From NCBI RefSeq assembly GCF_009914755.1, contig NC_060926.1: 64,000 bases of DNA; one strand, written 5' to 3'. The position numbers were made by a program, and so were the translations under genes. The notes under the pieces were generated by a model. The model saw only the letters and a list, made by a program, of their open reading frames with translations, was not told the DNA's origin and did not search any database. The DNA comes from the human T2T-CHM13v2.0 reference genome, Homo sapiens. Below, piece by piece: positions 40,201 through 54,436 of the stretch (positions within the stretch are counted from its first letter, which is position 1; each line of letters opens with the position of its first letter).

Positions 40201-41479
40201 CATTTGGAACACTGACCTGATGAATTTGAACATTTGAGCACAATGCACATTAACAAATGGTGAAGGGATGGATATGCCAATCATATTATTGACTCTCTTG
40301 GACAGTCTGATGTACCCAAGGAACATTTTAGCTTCAATTTTATTGTTATATATTCAAAAGTAGATAGCAACACAATTCTAGGAAGGAAGGGGAAGTTGAA
40401 AAAGAGGAGTCAGGACAACAGCCCAAGAGAAAACTCCAATAGGAAATGAAAGGCTGTGACTACCCATGATATACAAGGGGAAACTCAAGAATGAAAGGAA
40501 AAATTAACTCTGCCGATGGATAGATCAGACCACTGCATCCCAAAATAAGCCCCTCCCATCTTCGAGGTGGCTATTGTTAACCTGACATTGTACATGTCAT
40601 ATAAGGAAGCCCATTAATTTGTATTAACTGAGAATAAGATCAGTTATAAATGCATATTTATTTTTTTTGAAGTGCAATTTCAGGTATATGAAAAGGAAAT
40701 CTTCAATGATGGGTTTATTTTCAAATAAATGTAATTTAAGATGTATGCATGTTTTCAGACTTATGTGTTTTCATATATATTTACACAAATGCATTCATGT
40801 ATATAAATAGGCGGACATATATATACATATTATAATTTTATGAACTGCTAATACTATTGCAATTCTAGGAAGCTGCAATAGCTTGTTTGGAGTAAAAGAA
40901 ATATTTTTTCTTTCCTTTAAAAAAGATTATATATGTCCAGTGGACTCATATTTCTAGCTTAGAAAGTGTTCAGGATCTAGAGTCTTTAAAAATTGAATGT
41001 ATTTTAATTCCAAATTTACCTATTACCTGAGACATCTTGAAGAAAATCAGTTTAAGGTCTTAAATTTCCAGTATTTTACTGATAAAAATTTAGCTATTTA
41101 TTAACTCTATGTTATGACTTTAAAAACAGTGACAGTAATTCTATTTTTTAGCAGTTATAAAAGGGTAAAATATCACCTTGTTAGAACAACAGATGTTTAT
41201 AATCCATTAACATCTACTAATTCACTGCAGAACCAGAAATTTATAGTAGGACTAATTCTAGGCCAAATTATGAAGCTGGGAATCATTACAATCAGCAGTC
41301 CTTCAAATTCCCCTAAGAAATCCTTTTCACAAAGATTCATAATGTCTTCTCTAGCTCTTTTTAAGGCCCCTTGTCTTTACCTAGGGTCTCCCATTGCCAT
41401 TCCTCACCTCTACCAGCCTTTCCCGTTAACTCAACCCAAGCACTATGATAAAGGCACGAATAAGATATTACCTCGGCAG

Positions 41480-41960
41480 TTTCTAGAATGTTTTCAGCTT
41501 AAAATACCAACAAATACAACTGAAAGTGGGCTAATTCATAAAGACATTTATTATTTTACATAGCAAAATGTCCAAAGGAGGACAGCTCCAGGTTTAGTTC
41601 ATTGGTCAGCTCAACACTAGCAACTGTTCCCCCGAACTCTGCCATCCTCAATATATTGACTTATCCTTTTAGGCTCCGTTTCCAAGATGGCAACCACAGT
41701 TCTTTGTATGACTTGAAGATGACAATATACGAAAGCCAAAAAAAAAAAAAAACAAAAACAAAAAAAAAAAACAAGAAACTATCTCATGTACTTTTTTAAG
41801 AGTAAGGAAAAACTTTTGAGAAGTTATTCAGCTGATTTTGTCTTAGTTGTCATAGCAAAAAATGCACCACATACCCACGCCAAAACCCATCACTTCATAA
41901 TGGGAATCAAATCACCACTACTGGCTCCAACCAATCATGACCCATGCTGGAAACAGAGGA
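41480..41960 (-). mobile_element. Old MLT1 (J-N group) LTR
   Basis: tctgccatcctc...ccaagatggc motifs. Confidence 0.6.
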
Positions 41961-42059
41961 GCTAGAGTTTCACATCCATTTTTATGATATTGGCTGGGGG
42001 ATGGTGACAAGAGATGGCAAGGAAAATTCACAGAATATAAGAGAGAAGGAAAGCTGGTT

Positions 42060-42545
42060 AGACACAAATTAAGTTGGGAATTTCACTTGGCTGCTAGCAA
42101 CAGTTACTTTAAAAAAGATAATTTACTTCTGTACCACATAAAAGAAGTGTAAAAAGTGAATAAAAAGGAGTGTAAAAGAAAGCATTCCAGGGCTAGAATA
42201 GTTACTCGGGGGCGTCTTCAGGAACAGAGGCTCCTTCAATTTTCCTCAAATACTATCTTTATCATGCAACTTCCACCCTCAGAAATAACTCATGAGATCC
42301 AAAATGGCTGCCAGAACTACACTCATCTTATGTGCATTTTCAGCGGGAAATAGGATTGAGGATGGAAATGGAAAAAAAAAAAAAAGGCTTAAAATTTCTA
42401 TTTATAACATTTTTGACCAGAACTTAATCCCATGAACTTATCTTATTGCAATGAAGGGTAGGAGATGTAGCATTTTAGCTGAGTTCATTGACTTTCCCAA
42501 ATAAAATATAGAATTGTTTTACAAGGACAGAAGGGAAGAATGGAA
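42060..42545 (-). mobile_element. Old MLT1 (J/K group) LTR
   Basis: ccaaaatggctgcc...ttgaccagaacttaatcccatg motifs. Confidence 0.55.
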
Positions 42546-45224
42546 ATTAGTTAATTCCCAATACAATAGGCCATAGGTTATTACAAAACATATGCTGTTC
42601 ACCAAAACAATTTCAATATTAACATCAGTTATACAATATAGTTACATATATGTGTTTTATAGCTTGCTATAGAATTAAATCATATTTTAATAGTGTGTCA
42701 AAATGTAATTCTTTCCTACTTTTTCTTTGCTAAGTGCTTCTCAGTATCTGGAAATATTCTGAGATAGAAGCTGGGAAGCATCAGATTTAATATATATTTG
42801 TGATTCCATGAGGCAAAATAGAAATTCTGTCAATTCTTACTGTGTTAAGACGGGGCAGGGGTGCTGATGAAGTTGATACATTGTAAGGTGGGAGGCAGCA
42901 CCAAAAACTAGAGGAACTCTTTGACATTTCTCCCTACAAAATATGTCCAGTCAAGGCTTTTATGAGAGGATAACTCTGTAGTCAACTCTAACAAAAAAGA
43001 GAAAGCCAAGAAAATAGTGAAAATGTAGTCATGATTTGCGGTTTCTGTTTCTTAGTAAGATCAGGCACACATAAGAATTTGGCAATTTTCATTAGAAAAA
43101 TGTAGTGAAAGTGCCATGTAGTGTATGTTGGACTCCTTACATGAGCAACCCTTTTTCCTGGATCATGGGGCATAATTAAATGCTCCAGAGTAAGCCAAAC
43201 CTAGATTGCCCACTGAACTCTGTAAAGAAATGTAGACAAGCTCTGTCAATACATGTAGATATCCAACAAGTTTTATTTCTCTGATTGATAACATAATAGA
43301 AGTGTTTGTTTTTATTTGTGTTTCTGATAATCAACTCTTTGGTGTGTCAATTTACTTATATCATTGTATCTGCTCGTGGATATTAATTTTTCCAGTTAGC
43401 CACAAAAGAAAAGTTATGCATAAATTGATATTTTATATTGAAAAATTATATCATTTGTTCAAAATACTTCTGTCAGGCACACTTGGAAGATAAAAAATTA
43501 GCTGCAAAACTTTAGTAAACTTTCAAGACAACAAATTAATGGGCTGAATCCATTCATAAACCATTGGAGCATGTAAGAAGTCAACAGGTGGAGAAAAGGA
43601 ATTATTACAAGATGAGTACAGAAAGCACACTTTGGTATAGATAATTCTATGAACGTAGTATCCTTCTAAGACTTCCGTAAAAGCTTAACAGCCCTGACCT
43701 AGATCAACACTATGGCTCTTTTTTCCGGTCCCTTTTTGAGATCTATGTACAATCCATGTTTATTCTATTTACATTTTTTAGTTTTGTGGGATGGAAAGGA
43801 ATATAATCTGACAGCCAGAGAACTGTGTAGTTCACAGTAGACCTTGATTCTGCTTCTAGCTTCTCTATTCATACTGGAGATTCTATGCCAATTTTGATTC
43901 AGAATTCCCTTACAGATGCAATGCAGCTATAATGTTTTTACAGCCACCTTCCATATAAATTCAAACACCACAATGCCATTCCTGTTTTCAGTGACAGTGC
44001 TAATAACTGTTCAGGTAATGGTACTATATTTAGTGGCATTTCCTTATAACATGGTTTGTTAAACATCCGAGTTCAGTCGGAGACATGGCCACTGCTTTAC
44101 TTTTTTCCAGTAGGATTTCATTACTGACATTATTAGAGGCATCTCATTATACATTGGTTTCATTTATAAGACAGGTTGACATAGAATCTAAAGGCTACAT
44201 ATGGTTATATAGGAGAAACAAAGTTATTAGTAAATCGTTTATCACTAAAGTGAAAGTAATTAAGAGACATCTTACTAATCATTCTAATATTTATGAGATA
44301 TTGCTTATAAATTATTAGCAATGAATATTGAATTAATGATCTTTTGACAAAAACGTAAAAAACTTTCTGACTTCTGTCTCTTTCTTCTAACATTTTGAGA
44401 TTTTGCTGTCACTGACTGATGTGGAGGCAACCTATTTACACTGATTCGAACTTGTTGACATTTAAGTGTTAAAAAAGCACTATCTAAGCAGTAGAAAGAA
44501 TATAAGAATGACATTCACAAATATTTCCAGCTGTCAACAAGTCAGGTTTCTTACTAACTGTGAGCTCCTGAAGTACTGTGTTATTTCAATAGAGTGAGAA
44601 ATACTGTTACCTCAGGTTCTTTTTTTTGTAACCATATACTTGTCTCTATTAATTAGCAAAATATGTGAGTCTTTCCATTTCTCCCATCTTAATGTGCATG
44701 ATTCTCCCTTTAAACAATAGCAGAAAATAATTTTCCATGCATTCAACAGATAGATGGAATAGGTGATCATTCACATGAAAACCAAGGATACCACCTCCCA
44801 TAAGAAAGAATTTAATTAAAGATCTATTTTTAGTAAGTAGGTAAGTAGTAGCAAAAACTGTAAAATATTCCTACTCTAACAGTCATGGAAAAAAGATAAA
44901 ACAGGAGTATCTCTTTCCTTTTATCTTCCTAAGGAGAATATAACCTCTCATTTGTGCATTGAATAAAGAGACCCTCACTGACATCTCAGTAGGACATCTA
45001 ACCCTGTGAGTGTCCACTCTGTTGCTGAGATGAATAGGGCTGTCTCTTTCCATCTCCTGGCTTCTCCTTGTCTAAGAAGATATAAAGGCAGAAAAGGCAG
45101 GAAATGCAGGGGAGTTAATACCACACCCTTTCTCCTTCTAAGAACTAACTTCACTGAGAAAGGAGTCCCTACCCATCTGTCATGCTGGGAAAGGATGTTA
45201 ATACTTGCTAAAAATAAAATTGTG

Positions 45225-45435
45225 GGATATAGTAATAAAGCACAGTGAGCTAGCTAGTCTGACCTCTGGTCCTAACTCCATCACTTACCAATGCATAAAC
45301 TTAGCAAATTACTGGATTTCCTTGTGTCTCCAATTTCTCCTCTGTAGAATGAGGATTATGATAGCACCTAGTCTACTGGTTACTGTGGGAATTAAACAAT
45401 TTAGCATTTAGAACAATGTGTGGCACATAGTAGTC
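45225..45435 (+). mobile_element. MIR
   Basis: tttctcctctgtagaatgagg core and tagaacaatgtgtggcacatagtag tail. Confidence 0.85.
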
Positions 45436-45715
45436 CCTACCTTGCTTCCCAGTCCTGCTCTTCCTTCTTTGTCCTAGTCTCATGCTTCTAATTTCTTCAG
45501 ATGATTTTGGCCACGGCAACTAAAATTTTGAAAAGTCATGTGAGTAGAATCACCCTGGAAGCTTGAAAGAGGTAGATTTAAGACCAGTGACATGATGTAC
45601 TGCTTTGTGTAGGATTTAGCATTTTGAGTATGTAGAGGAAACTATTATGGTATGATTGGAGGGTTTTTGAGTAGCACCCCTACATTCCAAATCTCTCTTT
45701 TGCTATCCATCAAAG

Positions 45716-45932
45716 TATTAGTGTACTCTGTGAAATAAATTTCTCCAAAACTCAGTGACTTAAAACAATAGACTTTTTTTTTTTTTTAAATCTTGCAAAT
45801 TCTGTGGGCATAGCTTAGATGGGTGTATCTGGCTCAGGTTGTCTGAAGAAGTTATAGTGTGTCACCTGGGACTGTGGTCTCACCTGAAGGTGTGATCCGG
45901 GAGGGATCTGCTTCCTAGCTCATGAACATGGC
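45716..45932 (-). mobile_element. MLT1F/G-like LTR fragment
   Basis: ccaaaactcagtgacttaaaacaa...gggatctgcttcc. Confidence 0.65.
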
Positions 45933-46756
45933 CAGCTACAATGTCATAATGCAACCCTGGGGAGAGGTCCATGGTTGAGGCCCAAGGCTTTCTAATGACC
46001 ACATTTAGTTTGTAGGTTGTCTTGCAGAATGTTGTTCTTCACTTTGTTAAATTAGACCTTTTATTATACATCTATAAAATTAAACTCTCAGGGAATTCAT
46101 GTGCTATTAGACTTTGCTAATGTCTTGGGCGAGTTTGATCCAAATTAACTTGGATTTCCTTGCTTTCTGTGATATAAACACTTCTCATTTATAATATATG
46201 AGTGGTTCTTCAGGCCACCCCACCCTAACTTTGGAATGTTAGACTTTTATGTTCTTCAGGCCACTCCATGACTGAAGTTTTTCCCATGCTAATTTACACT
46301 GACCTGCACTGATCAGAATTAGCTGGTTGGTCTCTCTCCATTCTCACTCTCATCTTTCCTCTTCATCTGCTTCCCTCTGAGGACCAAATTCATGCCACTA
46401 TACACAGCAACTAAACAAACTCCAGTGGCTGTTTCTAATTTAAACTGTTGGATTTGTCATAACCCAATCCATTAGTATGCTCTGTAGAATCAGAAGATCT
46501 TCCATTTAATAGAACTTGTCCCCTTAAAAAACTTAGTGTTTTAAATCGCAATTATATTTCTTTTATTATTCTCCAATTCACATAAGATTTTTTAGTTCTT
46601 GTTAATTTTTACCTTTGAGATTTCTGTGATTCAAGAGTATGGAAAGTTAGGTATGGGCTGATTCAGTTTTTAACTATTATAAATAATTTTAATTAAACTT
46701 CCTATTCCCTGCCTCTTTATAATTTTGGAGAGCTGCAAAGGTAAGGTTTTTAAAGT

Positions 46757-46795
<39 letters not shown>

Positions 46796-47070
46796 TTTGA
46801 TACAGAGTCTCACTCTTGCCCAGGTTGGAGTGCAGTGGTGCAACCTTGGCTCTGCTTCCTGGGTTCAAGTGATTCTCCTGCTTCAGCCTCCCAAGTACTG
46901 GGATTACAGGCACCTGCCACCACACCTGGCTAGTTTTTTTTTGTAATTTTGGTAGAGATGGGATTTCACAGCATTGGACAGGTTAGTCTCGAACTCCTGA
47001 TCTCTAGTGAACTGCCCACCTCAGCCTCCTAAAGTACTGGGATTACCAGCGTGAGCCAGCACGCCTGGCC
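46757..47070 (-). mobile_element. AluS with (TTTA)n tail
   Basis: Antisense Alu. Tetranucleotide repeat 46756-46798. Confidence 0.95.
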
Positions 47071-47630
47071 TTAACTTTTGATTTTAAATTTTACAAATGT
47101 TTTCATTAGATTCATGTCTCTGAAAACACACCGAAATGCAAACAATTGGGTTTATTTCAGATACATGATTTATAATACAAGTAGTATGCACAAGATTTGA
47201 AGAGGCTGTCCTGATATTTTGTCAGATATTCTCAGGCCTCATTTAATTATATTTTTATAGGTATTACCAGTTTTTATTATGCTATTTCGTCTAACTTTTG
47301 TTCTTTTTAGCTAAAGTTGTGGTTTATCAAGCCCTGTCTTTTAATATACTGTCAGTTTGTCAAGTCTAAAATTCGCATGATCTCTTTCAATACTATAATC
47401 ACAAATTGAAAATTACAATAACAATGCTTAATTCTTTCTGCTCAGGATTTACAGCAACCTCACCCCAAATTAAATTAATGTTTTGCAGGAAGTACATATT
47501 TATATTAAGAATTTTAAACTAAGATATTTAAAAAAACAAAAAGTTGAAAGAAAATTTAAACAATGATACACTTTAAGAAGAGAAGGGATTTTTAAAAAAT
47601 GTATGATTTACTAATAGAAAAGTTAATTCT

Positions 47631-47969
47631 GGCCAGACGCAGTGGCTCATGCCTGTAATCCCAGCACTTTATGAGGCTGAGGTGGGTGGATCACTTGAGG
47701 TCAGGAGTTCCAGACCAGCCTGACCAACATGGTGAAACCCTATCTCTACTAAAAATACAAAAATTAGCCGGGTGTGGTGGCAGGTGCCTATAATCCCAGC
47801 TACTCGGGAAGCTGAGGTGGGAGGATCACTTGAACCTGGGAGGTGGAGACTGCAGTGAGCTGAGATCATATCCACTATACTCCAGCCTGGGTAACAGAGC
47901 AAGAAAAAAAAAAAAAAGAAAGAAAGAAAGAAAGAAAAGAAAGGAAACAAAGAAAGAAAGAAAATAGAA
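47631..47969 (+). mobile_element. Old AluS/J with (GAAA)n tail
   Basis: TSD agaaaagttaattct (47616-47630) / agaaaagctactgct (47970-47984). Confidence 0.95.
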
Positions 47970-48004
47970 AGAAAAGCTACTGCTAATTTGTGAGATAGAA
48001 ATAA

Positions 48005-48306
<302 letters not shown>

Positions 48307-48655
48307 GAAATAAAACAATTTTTGAAACTTAAGCATATCACCAAGAAGGGGGCTGTAAACTTTCAGATTCTTAATCATGTTTTACAACAAAACAAACCCT
48401 CAAATAGGAGGTATTTAAAATATTATAAATTATTACACTACTTTTGTTACAGTCTCACCAATGCACCACAATGTAGCAGTCTCTTATGGCCCAAGGTATC
48501 ACCCAAAGTTCCTTGTCTCATGATCAAGAAAGTTATGGAGTGCAGACACCAATGGTAAGGTTGGAGCAAAAGTTTAATAGGCAGAAAAAGAAAGCTCTCT
48601 GCTGCGGAGAGGGGACCCAGAAGAGGGTTGCCATTTTTACAGTTGAATGCATAAA

Positions 48656-48663
48656 CTTTTATA
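48656..48663 (-). promoter_or_regulatory. LTR TATA box
   Basis: cttttata = TATAAAAG on the minus strand, at the expected U3 position. Confidence 0.65.
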
Positions 48664-48823
48664 AGAAACCGACGAGGGCTGGGCATCTCATTTGCGTAAG
48701 GCACAAATTTCTGCTAGCTCCACCCCATCCTCCTAGTGTGCTTGCAAACCCTTAGCTTGAGTAACTCCATATTGCTTTGTTCCCCTTACTGCGCATGTAG
48801 CAGGGAATGGAATTTTCCATCAT

Positions 48824-48843
48824 AGACATGTCTGGGCAAGTCA
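48824..48843. promoter_or_regulatory. p53 response element
   Basis: AGACATGTCT GGGCAAGTCA matches RRRCWWGYYY x2 at 19/20, no spacer, both CWWG cores intact. Confidence 0.8.
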
Positions 48844-50204
48844 CCTGTGTAGGCTTTCTTATCTGTGTGGCTGTGGGAATGTCTTAGGCAAGCCTCCCTG
48901 TGCAAGTTCCCTTATCTATCTATACCTGTAGGCTCTTCTTTTGTTTGAAAGAATTCAATCTAAGACCCACCCTAACTGCCTGCCTGACTGGTTTCTTCCT
49001 TTCTCCTCTCTCACTTTTACAGTACTTCTCTGAGAATAAAGATTAATATAAATGTTTATCTTCAGCTTTTCTGGTTATCCGTAACTACTCTATTATTCAT
49101 AAAGTCAAATAGGTTTTATAATTCTAACTTTTAAAAATAACCAAAGTGACCTGACTTCAACTACTCTTGTTGACATTATACTTAATTCAAATCAGCTAAA
49201 ATATTTTTAAACTCAAAAGAAAAAGATAATAGCAAAGGGCAGGCTAATGTATTAAATTACCTGAAAGGAAAAATAGTATTTTTTGGAATTAATGTTCACA
49301 CTAACCTTTTGATATTCAGGATGAACATGATGGCATTAGCTCTTTGCTATTCAGTGTTTTTCCCTTCAGAAAATGTTGGCAACTTTTCATTCTTAAAATA
49401 ACTTTTTCTTTTGGCAATCACTGAGCTGCACACTTAGTAACCACTCAGAAGCCATCAAGGAAATGTGAGAAGATTCAGGTTTAATAAGGAAAAAAAGGCT
49501 TATTATTGTCATCTTTCATTACATTTCAACCCAAAACATGGAGTGGAATTTTTTTATCCCCATTCAGTGAGGGTCTTTCTCTACCCATTGAATTTTTTTT
49601 TTTTCTACTTGAAACACCTACCTCAATGTTCCCATGTGTCTTTCCTAGACACTTTCTAGGAACTCTTGGGAGAGGTTGGATATCAATAGGGTAATGCTCA
49701 TGGGAATGATACTTATATTACAGTTTTGTGTTTTCTACTTCTAGCTATAGGAAAATTAGAACAAATTATGCTGGCCAAGGTTAGACAAAAACAAAACAAA
49801 ATGAAAAACCCCACTGAGTTTGTAAGTCTTAAAGTAACCTGCCAAAACTCACCTGGCCAGTAGTGGTACAACATTTATGTGATTTTGGTGGATGGAGTCA
49901 GTATCATGAATTGATTACATACATATGCATAAACCTAGTTTTCTCTATCTTAACATAGAGACAAAGAAAATTTTTCACTAGCACAAACTACATCACTAAA
50001 TCTGTTAGGGTGGAAGCCCACAGCAATTTTAGCCAGGAGCAATGGGAATTCCTCTGGTCAGTCTTTTTTTTTTTCATATGAGATAATAAAAAATAACTTT
50101 TATTGTGAGATAATCTTTCATTGATATAATACTTGAGTGTTTATTTTATCAAAATATTTTTACATATATTCACTTTTTTCTTAACATTAAAAGTGAAATT
50201 AATA

Positions 50205-50345
50205 ATTATTATTTATCAATTGCTTATTAAGTGACAGACATTACGCTAAGAACTTTATATCTTATCCACACAATGTGAAGTAGCAATTATTACTGACTAC
50301 ATTTTATTGATGTGGAAAAAGACTGAGAGAGATTAAGTTATGTAT
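50205..50345 (-). mobile_element. MIR
   Basis: cattttattgatgtggaaaaagactgagagagattaagt. Confidence 0.65.
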
Positions 50346-50494
50346 AAAGCATAGGAATTCAACTAGTGTTAGCTTAAGTGAGAAAAGGAGAGTTACTGGC
50401 ACATAACAGAATAGTTCACAGATTTCCAGTAGGACCTTAGGGACTAGGATGGAGGATCCAGCTCTGCTAGAACGCTAGAACACTCTGTTCATTG

Positions 50495-50870
50495 CTGAAG
50501 CCTAGAGTCTGAACTTCTAGGTGTGGACAGGATTGGCTCCTTTTGAAGGATATGAGGAGTAATCTGCTTCATTTGTCTCCTAGATGCCAGTGGTTGCTGG
50601 CAATCCTTGGTGTTCTTTGGCTTGTAGATGCATCGCCCCCATCTGTGCCTTCATCTTCACATGTCATTCTCCCTGTGTGTACATCTGTGTCTCACTTTCC
50701 CCCTTTTATAGACACCAGTCATATAGGATCAGGGTCCATCCTACACCAGCATGACCTCAACTAAATTAATTATAACTGTAACAAACTAATTTCCAAAAAG
50801 GTCACATTCTCAGGAACTAGGGATTAGAATTTTAACATATAAATTTTGGGAGGCACAATTCAATTCATAA
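50495..50870 (-). mobile_element. MLT1C-like MaLR LTR (partial)
   Basis: gctggcaatccttggtgttctttggcttgtagatgc...ggcacaattcaa. Confidence 0.85.
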
Positions 50871-51468
50871 AAGTTTCTCTAATAAAGAGACTAAAAGAAA
50901 TTGGTATAGCTTTTCTGCTAGGGAAGATTTATTTTCTTCAGCCATTGTGTTAAAGCTGAAGAGGGAGGGAGGCAGTAAACTCACCTTGAGGGGCAGTCTG
51001 GAGGAGAGTTAGGAAAACAGAGTGGGGAGACCAGAAGCACAAATAGTCAATTAGAGAGCTTGGGGAGTTGGAGTGTGGAAAAGGGGATGGGAGATAGCAA
51101 AAGCATATGGAGGTGTCCAGGATAGGTTTTTGAAAGACTCTGAATTGCCTGGTTGGAGGCTGGTTCTCATCCCAGACGCCATTGAGATTATAGAAAGTGG
51201 GTAGTATAGTCAGAGCAACAAGTGCAAGAAGTCAACTTTGGCCTCATTATTGAAAATTAATCACTGAAAGGAGTGGTAAAAATATAAAGAGAAAGAGAAA
51301 AAGTGAAAGATCAAAGATTAGGATGCAGAATCATTCTTGAATTTATCAAAAAGGTTAGCATCATTATGAATAACGTCTTTAGAACTACTTTTGTTCAAAA
51401 AACCACTTCTGAATATTTAAAATGTAATTAGTGATTTGGTTTTCTGATATACATTTCCTGGAAGCCAA

Positions 51469-51503
51469 CTGGATCTAATCAGCTCTGGATCTAATCAGCT
51501 CTG
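51469..51503. repeat. Perfect 16-bp tandem duplication
   Basis: ctggatctaatcagct x2 plus ctg. Confidence 0.95.
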
Positions 51504-51569
51504 CTAAAAACATTTTCTTTAGAATTTATAAATAATGATGATCCATATAAGCTGAAGCCTCATTATTAA

Positions 51570-51655
51570 TGAAGTTCTTAACTGAGCTAATACATGTAAC
51601 ATGCTTAGAATAGTGCCTGGCATATAGAAAAGATACATGTCAGCTAGTATTACTA
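51570..51655 (+). mobile_element. MIR 3' end
   Basis: gcttagaatagtgcctggcatatag. Confidence 0.75.
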
Positions 51656-52607
51656 GGCAACTTTTGATCCCTTATACACCAAGTAAAATAGAACAAAGTA
51701 TAAACAGACTAGAATGTGTTTGCTCTGGGCTCCTTCCACATTAATGAATTTATTTTCAGATCTCTGATAACCACTTCTGATTGTCACTGAGATAATAAAA
51801 TGTTGCAAAAAAAACTCAATATTAATGTGTGAAAAATAAAAAGCAATTTTTATGCTCCCCATTCATTCATTCATTTGTTCAACATACCACTGATAAATTA
51901 AATGCTTACTCTTTTCAGCTTTTTAGAACCCTTTATTAATGAATCACTAAAAGTCATAGCAAAAAAAAATCTAGTAGCATAAAATATTAGTTTGAAATAA
52001 ATGTTTCAGAAAATGGCAAGTTAAAATATTGATAATTTTAATTGATATTAATTTTGAAGTGATAATTTTGCATCTTGGTCAAGTAATTACAATAAAATGT
52101 CATAGCAAATAATTCTGTAATACCTAGGGTTAAGCTGATATATTATTATGTCATGCATATGATGTATATATTCTTAAGACTGTACTGAAATTTGTAAGGG
52201 GTTACAAATGAGGTATAAGTTATTTCCTGGGGTTGCTATCAATCACTTTTTAAATCCTTGTGTAATGATTTTACTGGAAATTTTATAACAACTACCCACT
52301 TGTACAACGTTAGTATAATTCTGTTTTTATGTATTCTTTATCCATCTTAGGTACTCAATTAATATTGCTTAATATTTTTACTGTTGTTTTATATCGTTTT
52401 AGTCATCAGCTTTACAATTTAACCATTTAGTATGTATTTTGAAAACCATGTTTAAAAGGCTGTTTAACGACATCCAACATTTATCAGCATAAAGTCACAC
52501 TCAAAAGGAAATATTACTAAATCTATGTTAAATGTATTTGACCTCTTGTTACTTGATTTTATATGGGAACCTCTATAAGTGTCCAAAACTAATATTGAAG
52601 ATTCTTT

Positions 52608-52786
52608 CATAATTTTCCATCTGTCTGCACATTAGAATCACCTAGGATGCTAAATTTTTTTTCCAGTACCCTGGGGGTCCATCCCAGACCAAATTAAATC
52701 AGGATCTCTGGAAAACAGCCTTGTGTATTAATATTGTTTAGAAATTTCTTGGGTGATTCTAATGTGCACCTAGGTTGACAATCACA
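52608..52786. mobile_element. MER5-type hAT MITE
   Basis: Palindromic tgcacattagaatcacc...ggtgattctaatgtgca. Confidence 0.85.
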
Positions 52787-52816
52787 TAAGCTATATTCTG
52801 CTTTTAAGAGTAAATA

Positions 52817-53153
<337 letters not shown>

Positions 53154-53966
53154 TCAACGGGCACTGAAAAAATAAAGTGACTTGCTGTGTGAGGGATACA
53201 TTTTGGCAAAGCATCTTACTTTTCACCTAGTCATATATAGAACAAAGCACTGTTTCTTGGTACAGTGGGGCATATAGGCAGTCATAAAGCCAAGGAACCT
53301 GCAATCAAGTCAAGGAAAACTATATCAGCTATTACAGAAATGCAAATTATTAGGCCAATTTACTCCTCTACTCAATTATTATTTGATCTCTCTCTTTCTC
53401 TCTTTTTCTCTCCTTATTTTCGACTCTGACTTTTGATATTGCAGAAAGAAAAAAAGAATCTGTTATTCTTTGTTGTCTTAAATTTTTAAAGCTAACCAGT
53501 AAGGGTAGTAGGAAGCAAGCATGGATGTGTTACTTCCCTGGCCCTGGAAGGAACTAAACTGAGAACAGATTAAATTAAGTATATTACTGAATCATTTTTA
53601 TATGCTTATTAAAATTTCCATAGGTTTCTATATTTGAATACATATGTCTTAAAAGTTAGCTACAAAGAATTGTAAGAATTGTTCTAGTTTCTATTTTAAA
53701 TGGCAGTTAAAAAATAGTCTGACTGGAATATCTTTTAAAGCTTTTGGTTGAGACCTTAAAAAAGCTAGCACCTAAGCAAAAATCAGTTAAAGTTGCTTTG
53801 AAAAATCCCTTTAATTTTTTATGAGATACAGTGCACATGGCTTTGTGTGTATATATAATGGTTGAGTTTTTTGGATAATTTCTACAGAATATATGTGTAT
53901 TTTAGCATTATCTTAATGCCTTCCAGAATGAGGAAAATGCAGGGACTATGTACATTTTAAGAGTGA

Positions 53967-54436
53967 TGTTAAATAAAACTTATTCATGAAACTTTTTAAA
54001 GACAGTAAGGAAAATTTTATTCAAGCGGGAGTACTGCAATGGGAGTTTTACAGTAATGAGAGAGATTGGGCTCAGCTCCAAATACAACAAGAAAAAGTGG
54101 GAATTTAAAGCCAAAGCACAAGGGCCGGTGTGTCAGTGGCTAGAAAATTACTATGATGAAACATAGGGGCTAGGAGATTCAGATATGACAAGATCCTTGC
54201 TAAAAGTAAGCCAGAGTGATAAGATAATGGAGCATGGGGATTGGAGGTTGGGATCTGATTACAAATCAAGGGTGATCAGATACAAAGTATTGGGGATTTT
54301 CCCTAAACTAACTCATCAGGGGTCTTGCAAAAACTGGATCAAACAGGCCAAGGACAGAACCCAAAGTTGGGGCTTAGTCAAAAAGTGGTCTTAGAGGAGT
54401 CTAACTCAAATTTGGTGAAGGAGAAAGTTTTCATCA
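53967..54436 (-). mobile_element. Solo LTR, MER31/MER67-like (ERV1)
   Basis: TG...CA termini. TSD gtga / gtgg. Confidence 0.75.

Larger units (their letters stand above)
48445..49013 (-). mobile_element. Solo LTR, MER61-like (ERV1)
   Basis: Minus strand starts tgagagaggagaaaggaagaaacc and ends gtaaca. Perfect TSD cttt (48441-48444, 49014-49017). Confidence 0.85.
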
